A DNA stretch of 64,000 nt from Candidatus Woesebacteria bacterium (GTDB taxonomy: Bacteria > Patescibacteriota > Microgenomatia > UBA8517), in the NCBI GenBank assembly GCA_013374835.1, contig CP055307.1, forward strand, positions 74,447-138,446. The letters are read 5' to 3'. Below the pieces are notes generated by a model. The model was not told the DNA's origin and did no database searches. It saw only the letters and a program-made list of their open reading frames with translations. This document shows, one piece after another, positions 40,153-49,438 of this stretch (the first letter of the stretch is position 1; each line of letters starts with the position of its first letter). The translations under genes were made by a program, and so were the position numbers.

Positions 40153-41601
40153 ATGGTTTATTTTATTCTAATTCTTGGCTACTCGCTTAATCTTATTTTT
40201 ATAAGTATTTTTAAATACAACTATTCGTATGACGAAATCATAGTTACCGAAATAAGCAAACAGCCAATAAGCACTCTATTAAATACAATCAAAGCAGAGC
40301 CACACCCTCCCGGGTTTTATTTTTTATTAAAATTTCTCCCGGTAGATAATCCGACCGCGACAAAATTAATAATCACGTCAGCAAGCTTCATCCTTTCCAC
40401 AGCTACCATTTTCTTTCTACACAAAAAGGAATTAATCAATAAATTCAAGCTCAAACACGGGCTTACGCTTTTTTTCTCGTCTTTTACCTTTCTCTCCACA
40501 AGCACAGAGGTAAAACAAACAAGCCTTTCAGCACCCATACTTCTGCTTTTTCTCTCCACTTTGTTTTATACGGCTAATAAAAACAAAATAAGCCAGATAA
40601 ACATAATAACTATTAATATTAGTGTTCTACTTCTTCTGTCACTGGGCTACATCAACTATTTAATAGGACTCTTTACCCTAATTGCCATCTGTTTAATCAA
40701 AAAAAATAAATTATTAATTTACTCATCAATCTTTCAACTAATTATATTGCTTTTTTTTCTAAAACTATTTGCGCTGGATCAAATCATAATTAATACCCAT
40801 AGGTTCTCTTGGATAAACGAATTTTATTCAAACCCAATAAATTTATTAAGCACCCACATTTCAGGCTTCTATTCTCAACATCCCGCCCTGGATATTCCTC
40901 TAATCTTTTTTCTCCTGCTAATTTTTTTGGGAATCTACAAAAACAACACAAAAACACCCAAAGCATTCTACTATGCCCAAATTGTTGCTCTAATACTATT
41001 TCTTATTACAATAATTACAAAAACCTCTGTAAGAGTAAGGTATTCAACTCCCCTGCTTTTTACGCTTAGCACCCTGGCAGGCTGGGGACTAATAGCTCTA
41101 AACAACGCTTTCAAAACAAACTCGCTTTATAAACCGACAATTTCCCTTTTCTTTTGTCTGGGATTTTTAGGACATATCTACAACCAAACAACCATCCAAA
41201 AAAATAACCAAATAATAGTCAACGCTGTCAATTCCTTTCCCGAGAACAAAAAGGTAGCTCTCGCAATCGACAGAGAAATTTATCCCCTCGCTTTCAAATT
41301 AAAATTCTTCAAAAACAAAAAGAATTTAATTCCGGTAAATTTTTTTAACCCCGGTCTAATTGAAAACTCTCAAACAATTACCCAAAAGCATTTAACAAAT
41401 TATTCCTTACCCGGTCTCCCACTCAAAATTAAATATGAAAACTATCTATTTGTAGATATTCAAAGGCCGATTAAATCAAATAGCGAAAAGGATAAAATCA
41501 ATTTAATCCTCACCCTTAACAAATCCTGTAAACAATCAAACATTATTAATATCAATAATTCATTTACACTCTATTCTTTTGAAGACTGTCTTTCAAAATA
41601 A
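40153..41601 (+). CDS. GT-C fold glycosyltransferase (ArnT/PMT-like) embedded in the pilin array
   Basis: YDEIIVTEISKQP...AEPHPPGFYFLL matches the DE-x-Y...hPPL first-loop signature of GT39/GT83 enzymes. ~12 TM plus a C-terminal soluble domain. Confidence 0.5.
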   Translation: MVYFILILGYSLNLIFISIFKYNYSYDEIIVTEISKQPISTLLNTIKAEPHPPGFYFLLKFLPVDNPTATKLIITSASFILSTATIFFLHKKELINKFKLKHGLTLFFSSFTFLSTSTEVKQTSLSAPILLLFLSTLFYTANKNKISQINIITINISVLLLLSLGYINYLIGLFTLIAICLIKKNKLLIYSSIFQLIILLFFLKLFALDQIIINTHRFSWINEFYSNPINLLSTHISGFYSQHPALDIPLIFFLLLIFLGIYKNNTKTPKAFYYAQIVALILFLITIITKTSVRVRYSTPLLFTLSTLAGWGLIALNNAFKTNSLYKPTISLFFCLGFLGHIYNQTTIQKNNQIIVNAVNSFPENKKVALAIDREIYPLAFKLKFFKNKKNLIPVNFFNPGLIENSQTITQKHLTNYSLPGLPLKIKYENYLFVDIQRPIKSNSEKDKINLILTLNKSCKQSNIININNSFTLYSFEDCLSK

Positions 41602-41643
41602 CGAAAGCCTTGCCGAGATGTTTTCTCCAATATAAAATGAGTT

Positions 41644-41976
41644 ATGAACATGCTTACCCCATTTGTTTATGCAATAGATCCAAGCAACATCCAAGACGGA
41701 GATGTGCCAATACTAAGAGGCCTCGAAGACGTATTTGAATCTGTAATAAGCCTTGCTATTCCGCTTGCCGCCATTGTCCTTTTTGTTCTTCTTATCATAG
41801 GTGGATTCAAATACCTCACAGCCGGCTCAAACGCGGGCAAAGTCGAGGCAGCTCAAAAAACCATAACTTACGCAATTTTAGGCATGGTCCTTATTGCCCT
41901 AGCCTATTTGATATTAGAATTTATCGCCGCATTCACAGGAGCTACTTATCTACGCCAATTCAGAATAAGAATATAA
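41644..41976 (+). CDS. pilin-like protein, subfamily B
   Basis: LLIIGGFKYLTAGSNAGKVEAAQKTITYAILGMVLI. Confidence 0.5.
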   Translation: MNMLTPFVYAIDPSNIQDGDVPILRGLEDVFESVISLAIPLAAIVLFVLLIIGGFKYLTAGSNAGKVEAAQKTITYAILGMVLIALAYLILEFIAAFTGATYLRQFRIRI

Positions 41977-41994
41977 AAATCTTTTCAAAAAACA

Positions 41995-44900
41995 ATGAAA
42001 AAAAAGGCAATAAAATTTACCCTCATACAAGCCAGCGTATTCACTTTTTTAATTTTTCTCAGCAAATCTATATATGCACAAACCCCGGTGGACCTAAGAG
42101 ATTTCATTGCAGGACCCGACTTTGTTCCCCATTCTTTAAGCTCTGGAGAACAAATCAGCTTTTCTTCAGAAGGAGATTGTCACGCAATGGGCCAAGCCGT
42201 AAGGCAATACAAAAACGCAAACTACGAACAGTTCTGCATAGGAGCAGATGGTGTTTATAGACAAGAGGATACAAGCTGGGCAATTTCAATTGGAAACAGG
42301 CTCCAAAATGCACACTGTAAGGGCACTCTTGACAAAGCAATTATTACCTCAGACCCAGGATGCACCACCTATACCCCAGGCTCTCAAGTAACAACAGACG
42401 GAGCCTGGTGGGCCCCAGCCGGAATCGGCTCAATGACCACAGGACAATCCTATTCCTACATCACCCACAATCCATGGCAAATAGTAACAATAAACAACAA
42501 TATCCTCCAATCCGGAGGAGGTAAAATCTACTGTGAAATCGAAGAAAGCCCGTATTCAGATAGATATAAATCCCCAAACACCTGTGGATCCACCATCTCC
42601 GTCTCTCTTACCTACTACGACGCCGGTGAATACGAATTCTGCACCGGACTAAAAAACAACGAGCCAGTAATCGCCATGGGCGCAACCTCAGGCCCCGGCT
42701 CAGACGAAAAAATAATCTACATGAAAGGCTGGGGAATAGTGGGTTTCGAATCTCCATTTATGACAGTTGGGCTAATGGGAACGGACAACTATGGAAACAC
42801 AGCCGACCCCTCAGGCTGCACTACACCAGGAGCTTTTGGCCCTGGAGCCTCGGGTGTGCAGTGCGAAGATGAATTTTTCCCTGAATTTCACTCCCTGCGC
42901 CCATACCCTGCGTGTCCAATCCCCCCCGACATTATGGACACAAGCTTTCTCCTCTGCGGAAACGACCTTATAACCCAGGAAACCCTTGAAATAAGATACG
43001 GCGAAGATCTGCCCGATGGAATTTCACTAATTAACTGCACGGAAGAAGAAGAAAATTTAATTTGCAATTACAAAATTACAAATAGAACCATACCAATAAG
43101 AGTAGATCTCTCAGAAGCAGACCTCCCCATCATGGGACTTACCGAAGACCCCTTCTCAACCGAAGGTGATGAACCCTGGCCACACAAAAGAATCCCGGAC
43201 TCAGTTACCCCAGCCCAAAGAATGAACGAATACGTCAGCTGGTACTTAAACGGCACAATAGCAAGAGCCGAAGATCCGTTGCTTGCAGTAACCAACGATT
43301 ATCCCGAAAAACCAGACAATATAAGCGATCCTAAATTCGAAAAAATATTCCGCGACACGAGATTATTAATAAACTTCTCAGGCCCCCTAAGAAAACTTTT
43401 ACCCTGGAGAATCCAAGTAAGAGAAAGAGAGAAACAAATTTTTGAAGCATCCGGCTTTGGAGGCCCCGACGTCGCCGGAAACATCCGCCACAACCAAATT
43501 GTCGGCTGCACGTATGGGTTATCTATACCTAACTTTTGGGACATATTCAACATAGACGAAATCGGAGGAATACCTGGTCCATGCTATGAACCCAAAAAAG
43601 AAAACGACTTTATAATTCCTGATTTATTCCAAAGACAAATACACCGACTTTCCGACTGGCTCGAGGGAGGAGTAAACGAGGAGCTGGACAAATGGAACCG
43701 CCTTCCTCCGTACGACGAAGACATCGGCACCAAATACGAAAATTTTCAAGAATACTGGAAAGAATACAGGCGTTGGCGCGGACAAAGCTGCACACCAAGT
43801 TTGGATCTTGGTGATATACCACTCGATCAAATCCCTGGCATAGGATCAATTTTAGGATCTCTCTTAGACATCGTACCCAACCTTTATCTTTGCTACGACA
43901 ATCCATTAAAATTCAATTATTGGTCAAGCCTCTTTAGCTATATCCCCTTCTCATCAACTGAAGATAGAACCGGATATGCAGAAGGCCACCTGGACACTGC
44001 TCTTACGCAACAACCGCCAAGCGACGCAAATATCACAGACATTAATTTTACACCAAATCCGGGCACAATCCTGCCGGACGACGGAAAAATGAGGTTTCTC
44101 TATTTCCCCCACATGCAGGAAAGCGCAGAACTAGGATATCTGCTTCAGCAAACCTTCCTTACAAAAGGAGAAGGTGGCTTCTCAAATATCAACGAACAAG
44201 GTTACTACAATACAGAGCGCTGTGAATACCTAGACACCAGAAAAAACCCGGGTGACGATCTATACGGCGGCGATTTCGATCAAGAAGGTCTTCCATGGAA
44301 CCAGCCCGTAAACGACGAACGGACAATAGACGGAAACATAACATATTCAGGCACCTTCCAGTGCTCTTTCTATCTTGCAGAGCCGGTTTGCGATGGCATC
44401 GGCTACCCCGGCCAAGTCCACTGTAACACGGACGAGTGTAGACCATATGTTTGTACAGAATCCGGAAACTGGGAACCAGCTTGGGACACGATAACAGGAG
44501 GAGTAGGACAATACCCCTGTAGTGGAACAGCAGGAAATTGCACCTCCTCAAGCACATTCTCGCCACCGGATCCGGGTGTTTGTACAATAAACATAAGCAC
44601 TGCAACATCAATCTATATAGGCACACCAAAGGCAGAAGAAGTCTGGGATAGACTAGTAAACGGAAGCCAGTCGGTCTTCAGAAGAATTTACCCAAAAGTA
44701 GGAGCGGAAAAGCCTGTCGAAGAAATAAAAGACATCCCGGCAGAAGCCAAGGCAAGCTACTCCTCAGAAGATGGAAACGTCCAAGTCTTTGCAGGAAATC
44801 CAGCTGCAGCAAGGCCAGGCTCAAACGCAAAAATATTCTTCCCCCATATCGGCTCAATCTACGACTACTTTCTAAAAGGCATTCAAAAAGCCCTCAGACC

Positions 44901-45543
44901 AAAAGACATTCAAACCATCCAATCAGGCCCGTCATCCACCCCGCCTCCGCCTCAAAACACAGACTGCCCCATAAACTGCAACCAAGACGTACCAGATTCA
45001 GAAATTCCAACAGCCTATTTAGGAACATTCAAACAAAACATAATTAGGCTTGCAAACGACTTGTACGCAGGCACTGGTAGAAACTTCGCAAAAGAATGCT
45101 ACAACGACGTAGTAAAAAGATCGCTAAACGCGGGCTATAACCCAGCGTTTGTTATCACAATATGGCTTGCAGAAAGCGGGGCAAGCAACTACAACCAAGC
45201 TTGTACTACCCAAGACTTTGGGATAAACAGGCCAGAAATGGCGGCAGATTTTAACGAACAAATAAGATGGTTCTTTAATCTTACAAACATCTGGAACACC
45301 ACATATCCGGAATGCATAGACTGTAATATCTCAACAGGAGAATGTACCAATGGCTATACATATATGGAAAACTGGACACACCTTTTCAAATCTGAAGACC
45401 CAATAAACGCCACAGGAGAATGCGTTCCAGATCCGCCCTCACAAAGCAGGCTTGCAGACTACCAAAACATTTGGAATTGGGTTGCGCCCGCATGCCCATT
45501 TCCTCAAACGCCGTTTCACAACACATGTCCAAATATAAATTAA
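41995..45543 (+). CDS. large secreted Cys-rich protein (1182 aa) with C-terminal lysozyme-like / lytic transglycosylase-like region
   Basis: Signal peptide. ~45 Cys across the length. C-terminal block AGYNPAFVITIWLAESGASNYNQACTTQDFGINR resembles the SLT E-S-G catalytic motif. Confidence 0.45.
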   Translation: MKKKAIKFTLIQASVFTFLIFLSKSIYAQTPVDLRDFIAGPDFVPHSLSSGEQISFSSEGDCHAMGQAVRQYKNANYEQFCIGADGVYRQEDTSWAISIGNRLQNAHCKGTLDKAIITSDPGCTTYTPGSQVTTDGAWWAPAGIGSMTTGQSYSYITHNPWQIVTINNNILQSGGGKIYCEIEESPYSDRYKSPNTCGSTISVSLTYYDAGEYEFCTGLKNNEPVIAMGATSGPGSDEKIIYMKGWGIVGFESPFMTVGLMGTDNYGNTADPSGCTTPGAFGPGASGVQCEDEFFPEFHSLRPYPACPIPPDIMDTSFLLCGNDLITQETLEIRYGEDLPDGISLINCTEEEENLICNYKITNRTIPIRVDLSEADLPIMGLTEDPFSTEGDEPWPHKRIPDSVTPAQRMNEYVSWYLNGTIARAEDPLLAVTNDYPEKPDNISDPKFEKIFRDTRLLINFSGPLRKLLPWRIQVREREKQIFEASGFGGPDVAGNIRHNQIVGCTYGLSIPNFWDIFNIDEIGGIPGPCYEPKKENDFIIPDLFQRQIHRLSDWLEGGVNEELDKWNRLPPYDEDIGTKYENFQEYWKEYRRWRGQSCTPSLDLGDIPLDQIPGIGSILGSLLDIVPNLYLCYDNPLKFNYWSSLFSYIPFSSTEDRTGYAEGHLDTALTQQPPSDANITDINFTPNPGTILPDDGKMRFLYFPHMQESAELGYLLQQTFLTKGEGGFSNINEQGYYNTERCEYLDTRKNPGDDLYGGDFDQEGLPWNQPVNDERTIDGNITYSGTFQCSFYLAEPVCDGIGYPGQVHCNTDECRPYVCTESGNWEPAWDTITGGVGQYPCSGTAGNCTSSSTFSPPDPGVCTINISTATSIYIGTPKAEEVWDRLVNGSQSVFRRIYPKVGAEKPVEEIKDIPAEAKASYSSEDGNVQVFAGNPAAARPGSNAKIFFPHIGSIYDYFLKGIQKALRPKDIQTIQSGPSSTPPPPQNTDCPINCNQDVPDSEIPTAYLGTFKQNIIRLANDLYAGTGRNFAKECYNDVVKRSLNAGYNPAFVITIWLAESGASNYNQACTTQDFGINRPEMAADFNEQIRWFFNLTNIWNTTYPECIDCNISTGECTNGYTYMENWTHLFKSEDPINATGECVPDPPSQSRLADYQNIWNWVAPACPFPQTPFHNTCPNIN

Positions 45544-45574
45544 GCATTAGCCTCTTTTCTTTTCTCAAAAATAA

Positions 45575-47188
45575 ATGATATTATTAAAAATGATAAAAAT
45601 TAAAAAGAAAAACATGATCAAACGCCTGCTCATATTGTTTCTTTTAGTCAATTTACTATTCTTGTCTATTTTTGCCGCTCCTGCCAAGGCTCAATGGTAC
45701 AATCAATCCTTTGGCCAATGGTATGTACAAGTTTATGATAGCGAAAACCCGGCAGAAATATTCGGAGAGCGCTACACCGCCGCCCAGGTTCAATGGGTAA
45801 CATACGGATTTATAGCTCTTTTAATACACACAATTACAGAAAGACTTCCCATTAATCCGGAAAATATAGTAAATTTCATTACAACAGGAGACATTTCAGA
45901 ACTTTCTTCAAATAGCACTGCTCCACAACCAATCGCCCAAAACAAGGAGCAAAACGGCAAAAATCTTCTGCAGGAAATATTTAGAGACAAACCCCTTTCG
46001 GGAATAACTTATACCAAAGAAGCTATAAAAAACATCAAACTCATTCCTGAAGCTAAAGCCCAAACTACAGGTTTTGGATTTCAAACACTCGGACCAATAA
46101 GAGGATTGTGGAGAATCTCAAGAAACATTGCCTACACGCTTTTTGTCCTTGTAACAATTGTCTTGTCGTTTATGATAATGTTTCGCGTAAAAATCTCACC
46201 ACAAGCGGTAATTACGGTCCAATCAGCACTCCCAAGAATATTTCTTGCACTCATATTAGTCACATTTTCATATCCTATCGCTGGCTTTTTAATCGATATT
46301 ATGTACGTAACAATAGGTCTTATAAGCTTGCTTGTTGGCGGAACAAGCAATGCTCTTGATCTCTTCAATTTATTAACCAAAGGCCTTGATCCTCTAAAAA
46401 TTGGTTATGGCGCAGGTATATTGGGCATATTTTTTTACCTTCTTTATATATATATTATCTCTGCCCTCGGATTTTTTGCATACGGCATCGCTGATCTTAA
46501 TTCAGAACAAATCGGCGGTGGCGCAGGAGGTATCGGACTTGGACTTTTAATGCTTGTTTTTATATTTATATTTGTATTTGCAGCACTTTTTACATTTTTC
46601 AAAATAGTAATTCTTCTTTTCAAAACATTTACCACTATCTTAATTCTTACCATTATCGCCCCAATTCAATTAACGCTCGGGGTAGTAATGCCTGAACTTG
46701 GATTTGGTAATTGGCTTAAAAACTTCGTTAAAAACCTTGCCGTTTTCCCTACTTTGGGGTTGTTGTTACTACTGGCACTAATCTTTGCCTCATCAGCAGC
46801 AATTGCATTTATCAACCTCGACATTCCTGAAATAGGAATCCCAGAATTAAAAGCTCTGTCTTTCAACCCGGCAAGCTACAATCAATTCGAGGGTCAAGGA
46901 TGGCCGCCTTTCCTCGATCTAAACGGAGCCGCTCTCAACTTCGCCTTTGTAATAGTAAGTGTAGTAATTCTTGCAATGGCAGCAAAAGTAGATCAACTAA
47001 TAAACGCCCTCATGACAGGCCGGGTCTTTGGCTACGGCACAGCTCTATCCGAATTTACAGGAATAGCACCTCCAGAAGCAGGCCAAGCCGGGTGGATTAA
47101 TAAACAAATTAGTCAATTAAGACAAGCTAGAAAAGCTTCAGGACAAAGAGGTAGCGGGCTCGCAGGCAGCGCACAAGGCGGTGGATAA
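45575..47188 (+). CDS. VirB6/TrbL-like polytopic membrane protein
   Basis: Signal-like N-terminus and a ~150-aa periplasmic region, then at least 6 TM helices, then a Gly/Ser-rich tail (GSGLAGSAQGGG). Alternative start at 45614. Confidence 0.5.
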   Translation: MILLKMIKIKKKNMIKRLLILFLLVNLLFLSIFAAPAKAQWYNQSFGQWYVQVYDSENPAEIFGERYTAAQVQWVTYGFIALLIHTITERLPINPENIVNFITTGDISELSSNSTAPQPIAQNKEQNGKNLLQEIFRDKPLSGITYTKEAIKNIKLIPEAKAQTTGFGFQTLGPIRGLWRISRNIAYTLFVLVTIVLSFMIMFRVKISPQAVITVQSALPRIFLALILVTFSYPIAGFLIDIMYVTIGLISLLVGGTSNALDLFNLLTKGLDPLKIGYGAGILGIFFYLLYIYIISALGFFAYGIADLNSEQIGGGAGGIGLGLLMLVFIFIFVFAALFTFFKIVILLFKTFTTILILTIIAPIQLTLGVVMPELGFGNWLKNFVKNLAVFPTLGLLLLLALIFASSAAIAFINLDIPEIGIPELKALSFNPASYNQFEGQGWPPFLDLNGAALNFAFVIVSVVILAMAAKVDQLINALMTGRVFGYGTALSEFTGIAPPEAGQAGWINKQISQLRQARKASGQRGSGLAGSAQGGG

Positions 47189-47199
47189 AATTTAAAAAA

Positions 47200-49302
47200 T
47201 CAAATAGGTAAATTGTCTATAACCATAACAACCTTATCCATCAAATAAGCAGCTACTCTTTGATAAGGGTTCCTCTTCAACTTTCTGGCCCCTATTTCAT
47301 TAGCCTCATCTACGAACTTCCTAAAATGCGCCGCATTCTCACCAGACGGATATTTAACCCTTAATCTATAAGAACTCTTAAACGCAGTCCTTGCAGCTAC
47401 AACATAAACCCCTTTTACAATATTTTCTCGATATTTTCTATCTACTTCCAATTCACTAAAAGCGTCCGCCAACCCCCTCCAAGTTTTTATTCGACCTCTC
47501 ACTATAGCCTCATTAATCGTTTTTGCTCTGTCAATAGCGCCAAAAATATATTTAGAAAACGGCGTTTCGGAAACCTCATTAAAATCTAAAGTCTCAAGTT
47601 TCATATTCGGCCTAATATGTAAAATTTTTCTACCGTTTCCTAATAAAACATCTCGAAAAGTTATCTCCTTTTTTCCTTCCTTTTTGGCTCCCATATACGA
47701 AAACGCATCCTTGTATAATTCTTTTGGCAAAACATTTGACTTTTCACCCCTAAAAAGACGACCAGAAATCACATGCCGCTTTTTCTTTCTTAGTACGCTT
47801 GCCGACCAAGAACCAAATGGCACACTCCATTCTGACTCCCCATCTTTGGCTTTTTGCTCTAACCTCTCTTGGGGGTGCATCGAAATCCTTATTGGCAAAG
47901 ACATTAACCTAAAATCCATAGGAGGAATGCGGCTATTATTGTTTCGTTTATACCTCGAATCTTCATATTCAACTACATTGCCCTGTGTAAAGAAATTCCA
48001 AGCAGCTCGAGCTACATCGTCAGCATTTATTTCAACATCATCTCCGTTTTCGATTTTCTCCCGAACAACCCCATGTCTTGATAGCCACAAAGCCACATTG
48101 GAAACTAAAGTATCAAGGTCACTAAGTTCTTTAAAATCAAAAACCGTCCCACCGTTCTTAAACTTGCCATAAACAGCATCGTTCCTTTGAGTTTCAGTTG
48201 AGTTCAAATCCCTATCAAAAAATTCATTCAAATCAACCCCATCAACAACAATGGCTGTATATAAAGAAACGGCGTGCATAAAACCCGGAACTCTCCACAC
48301 CTGCCTACCCTGTACTTCATCGCATCCAAACAAAAATGAAATTTCATCTTTTGTTAATTCACCAATTGGATTGCTTGGATATAAATCATCAAAACTAAAT
48401 GTATTTACCTTGTGATAAAGAGCACGTGCTAATTTATATCTTATTTCCCACCATTTCTTTGTATCACCCTCAAGATCCTTCACCATAATATTTGGATTTA
48501 CACCTTCTACTGGAACTTTGGCGTCTTTTTCCAATCTCCTAAAAGAATTTCTAAAATCCTCCGGGGTTTCAAGAGTTTCTTTTCTTTCTTCCCACTGTCT
48601 GCGCTCCTGTCGCACTCTTTCCTCTTCTATCATTCTCACCCTCCTCTGTTCAGCAGCAATCTCTTGCAACAGCGCCGCCTCCACACCTCTCACATCCCGA
48701 CTAGAAGGTCTTGCAACTTCAGCGGACATATCACCAGTTAAACTATTAATGTTATATCTCTCTTCAAACCAACCTGTTGGAACAAAATTAAAATCCTCAA
48801 ATCTGTCAAGCGCATTAGCTTTCATTATTGGACCAAATTCTTTACTTACCCGCTTTCGCTCCATATCCAGTTTATTCACCAAACTCTGAACAGCAGCATC
48901 AAAAATCCCCACATATTTCTCTCCTTTTTCTTTGTCTAAAGCTTCTTCAAACTCTTGAGCAACAGAGATTATTTCCCGAAAATATTCGCCCCAATCAACC
49001 TTTCCACTATTATTAAAAATTTCTGTTTTTTCTACAATCTTAGATGCAAAGTCTTCAAAACCAGGAGCTGATTCTAAATACTTTCCCAACAATTCTTGAC
49101 CTTTTTTAATCCAACTGTTTAATTCACTCAATTTATGTGGGTCTAGAGAACGATTTTCTTTAATTTCTTTCTTGTAAGTTTCAATGTCTCGAATTATTTC
49201 CTTAGCAGTTACCTCATGCGCACCCTCTCCCCGCTCAGGAGCTCCACCCATACTCAAATCGTCTGGTCTGAAATGAATTTCAGGACTCATAGTATCATCC
49301 AT
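47200..49302 (-). CDS. large hypothetical cytoplasmic protein (700 aa) encoded antisense to the surrounding locus
   Basis: No TM and no signal peptide. Charged and coiled-coil-rich N-terminal half. No motif recognised. Confidence 0.45.
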   Translation of the reverse strand: MDDTMSPEIHFRPDDLSMGGAPERGEGAHEVTAKEIIRDIETYKKEIKENRSLDPHKLSELNSWIKKGQELLGKYLESAPGFEDFASKIVEKTEIFNNSGKVDWGEYFREIISVAQEFEEALDKEKGEKYVGIFDAAVQSLVNKLDMERKRVSKEFGPIMKANALDRFEDFNFVPTGWFEERYNINSLTGDMSAEVARPSSRDVRGVEAALLQEIAAEQRRVRMIEEERVRQERRQWEERKETLETPEDFRNSFRRLEKDAKVPVEGVNPNIMVKDLEGDTKKWWEIRYKLARALYHKVNTFSFDDLYPSNPIGELTKDEISFLFGCDEVQGRQVWRVPGFMHAVSLYTAIVVDGVDLNEFFDRDLNSTETQRNDAVYGKFKNGGTVFDFKELSDLDTLVSNVALWLSRHGVVREKIENGDDVEINADDVARAAWNFFTQGNVVEYEDSRYKRNNNSRIPPMDFRLMSLPIRISMHPQERLEQKAKDGESEWSVPFGSWSASVLRKKKRHVISGRLFRGEKSNVLPKELYKDAFSYMGAKKEGKKEITFRDVLLGNGRKILHIRPNMKLETLDFNEVSETPFSKYIFGAIDRAKTINEAIVRGRIKTWRGLADAFSELEVDRKYRENIVKGVYVVAARTAFKSSYRLRVKYPSGENAAHFRKFVDEANEIGARKLKRNPYQRVAAYLMDKVVMVIDNLPI

Positions 49303-49378
49303 GGCAGATTTATATATAGGCTGATTATACCATTTTGACTCCTTTTATATCAAAATATTGCGTGAAAATCCCCACTTC

Positions 49379-49406
49379 TTGAAAGATAAGCTACATGCAC
49401 TACAAT
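49379..49406 (+). promoter_or_regulatory. near-consensus sigma-70 promoter upstream of the VirB3-like/VirB4 genes
   Basis: TTGAAA, 16-nt spacer, then TACAAT. Lies 33 nt before ATG 49439. Confidence 0.4.
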
Positions 49407-49438
49407 TAATGTATATAAATATATTGCTTTAATAAACC

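Noticed and set aside
45575-45613. Alternative upstream start for the VirB6-like gene versus the internal Met at 45614.
   Set aside because: It cannot be resolved from sequence. Both give a hydrophobic signal-like N-terminus, so the longer ORF was kept and the alternative noted.
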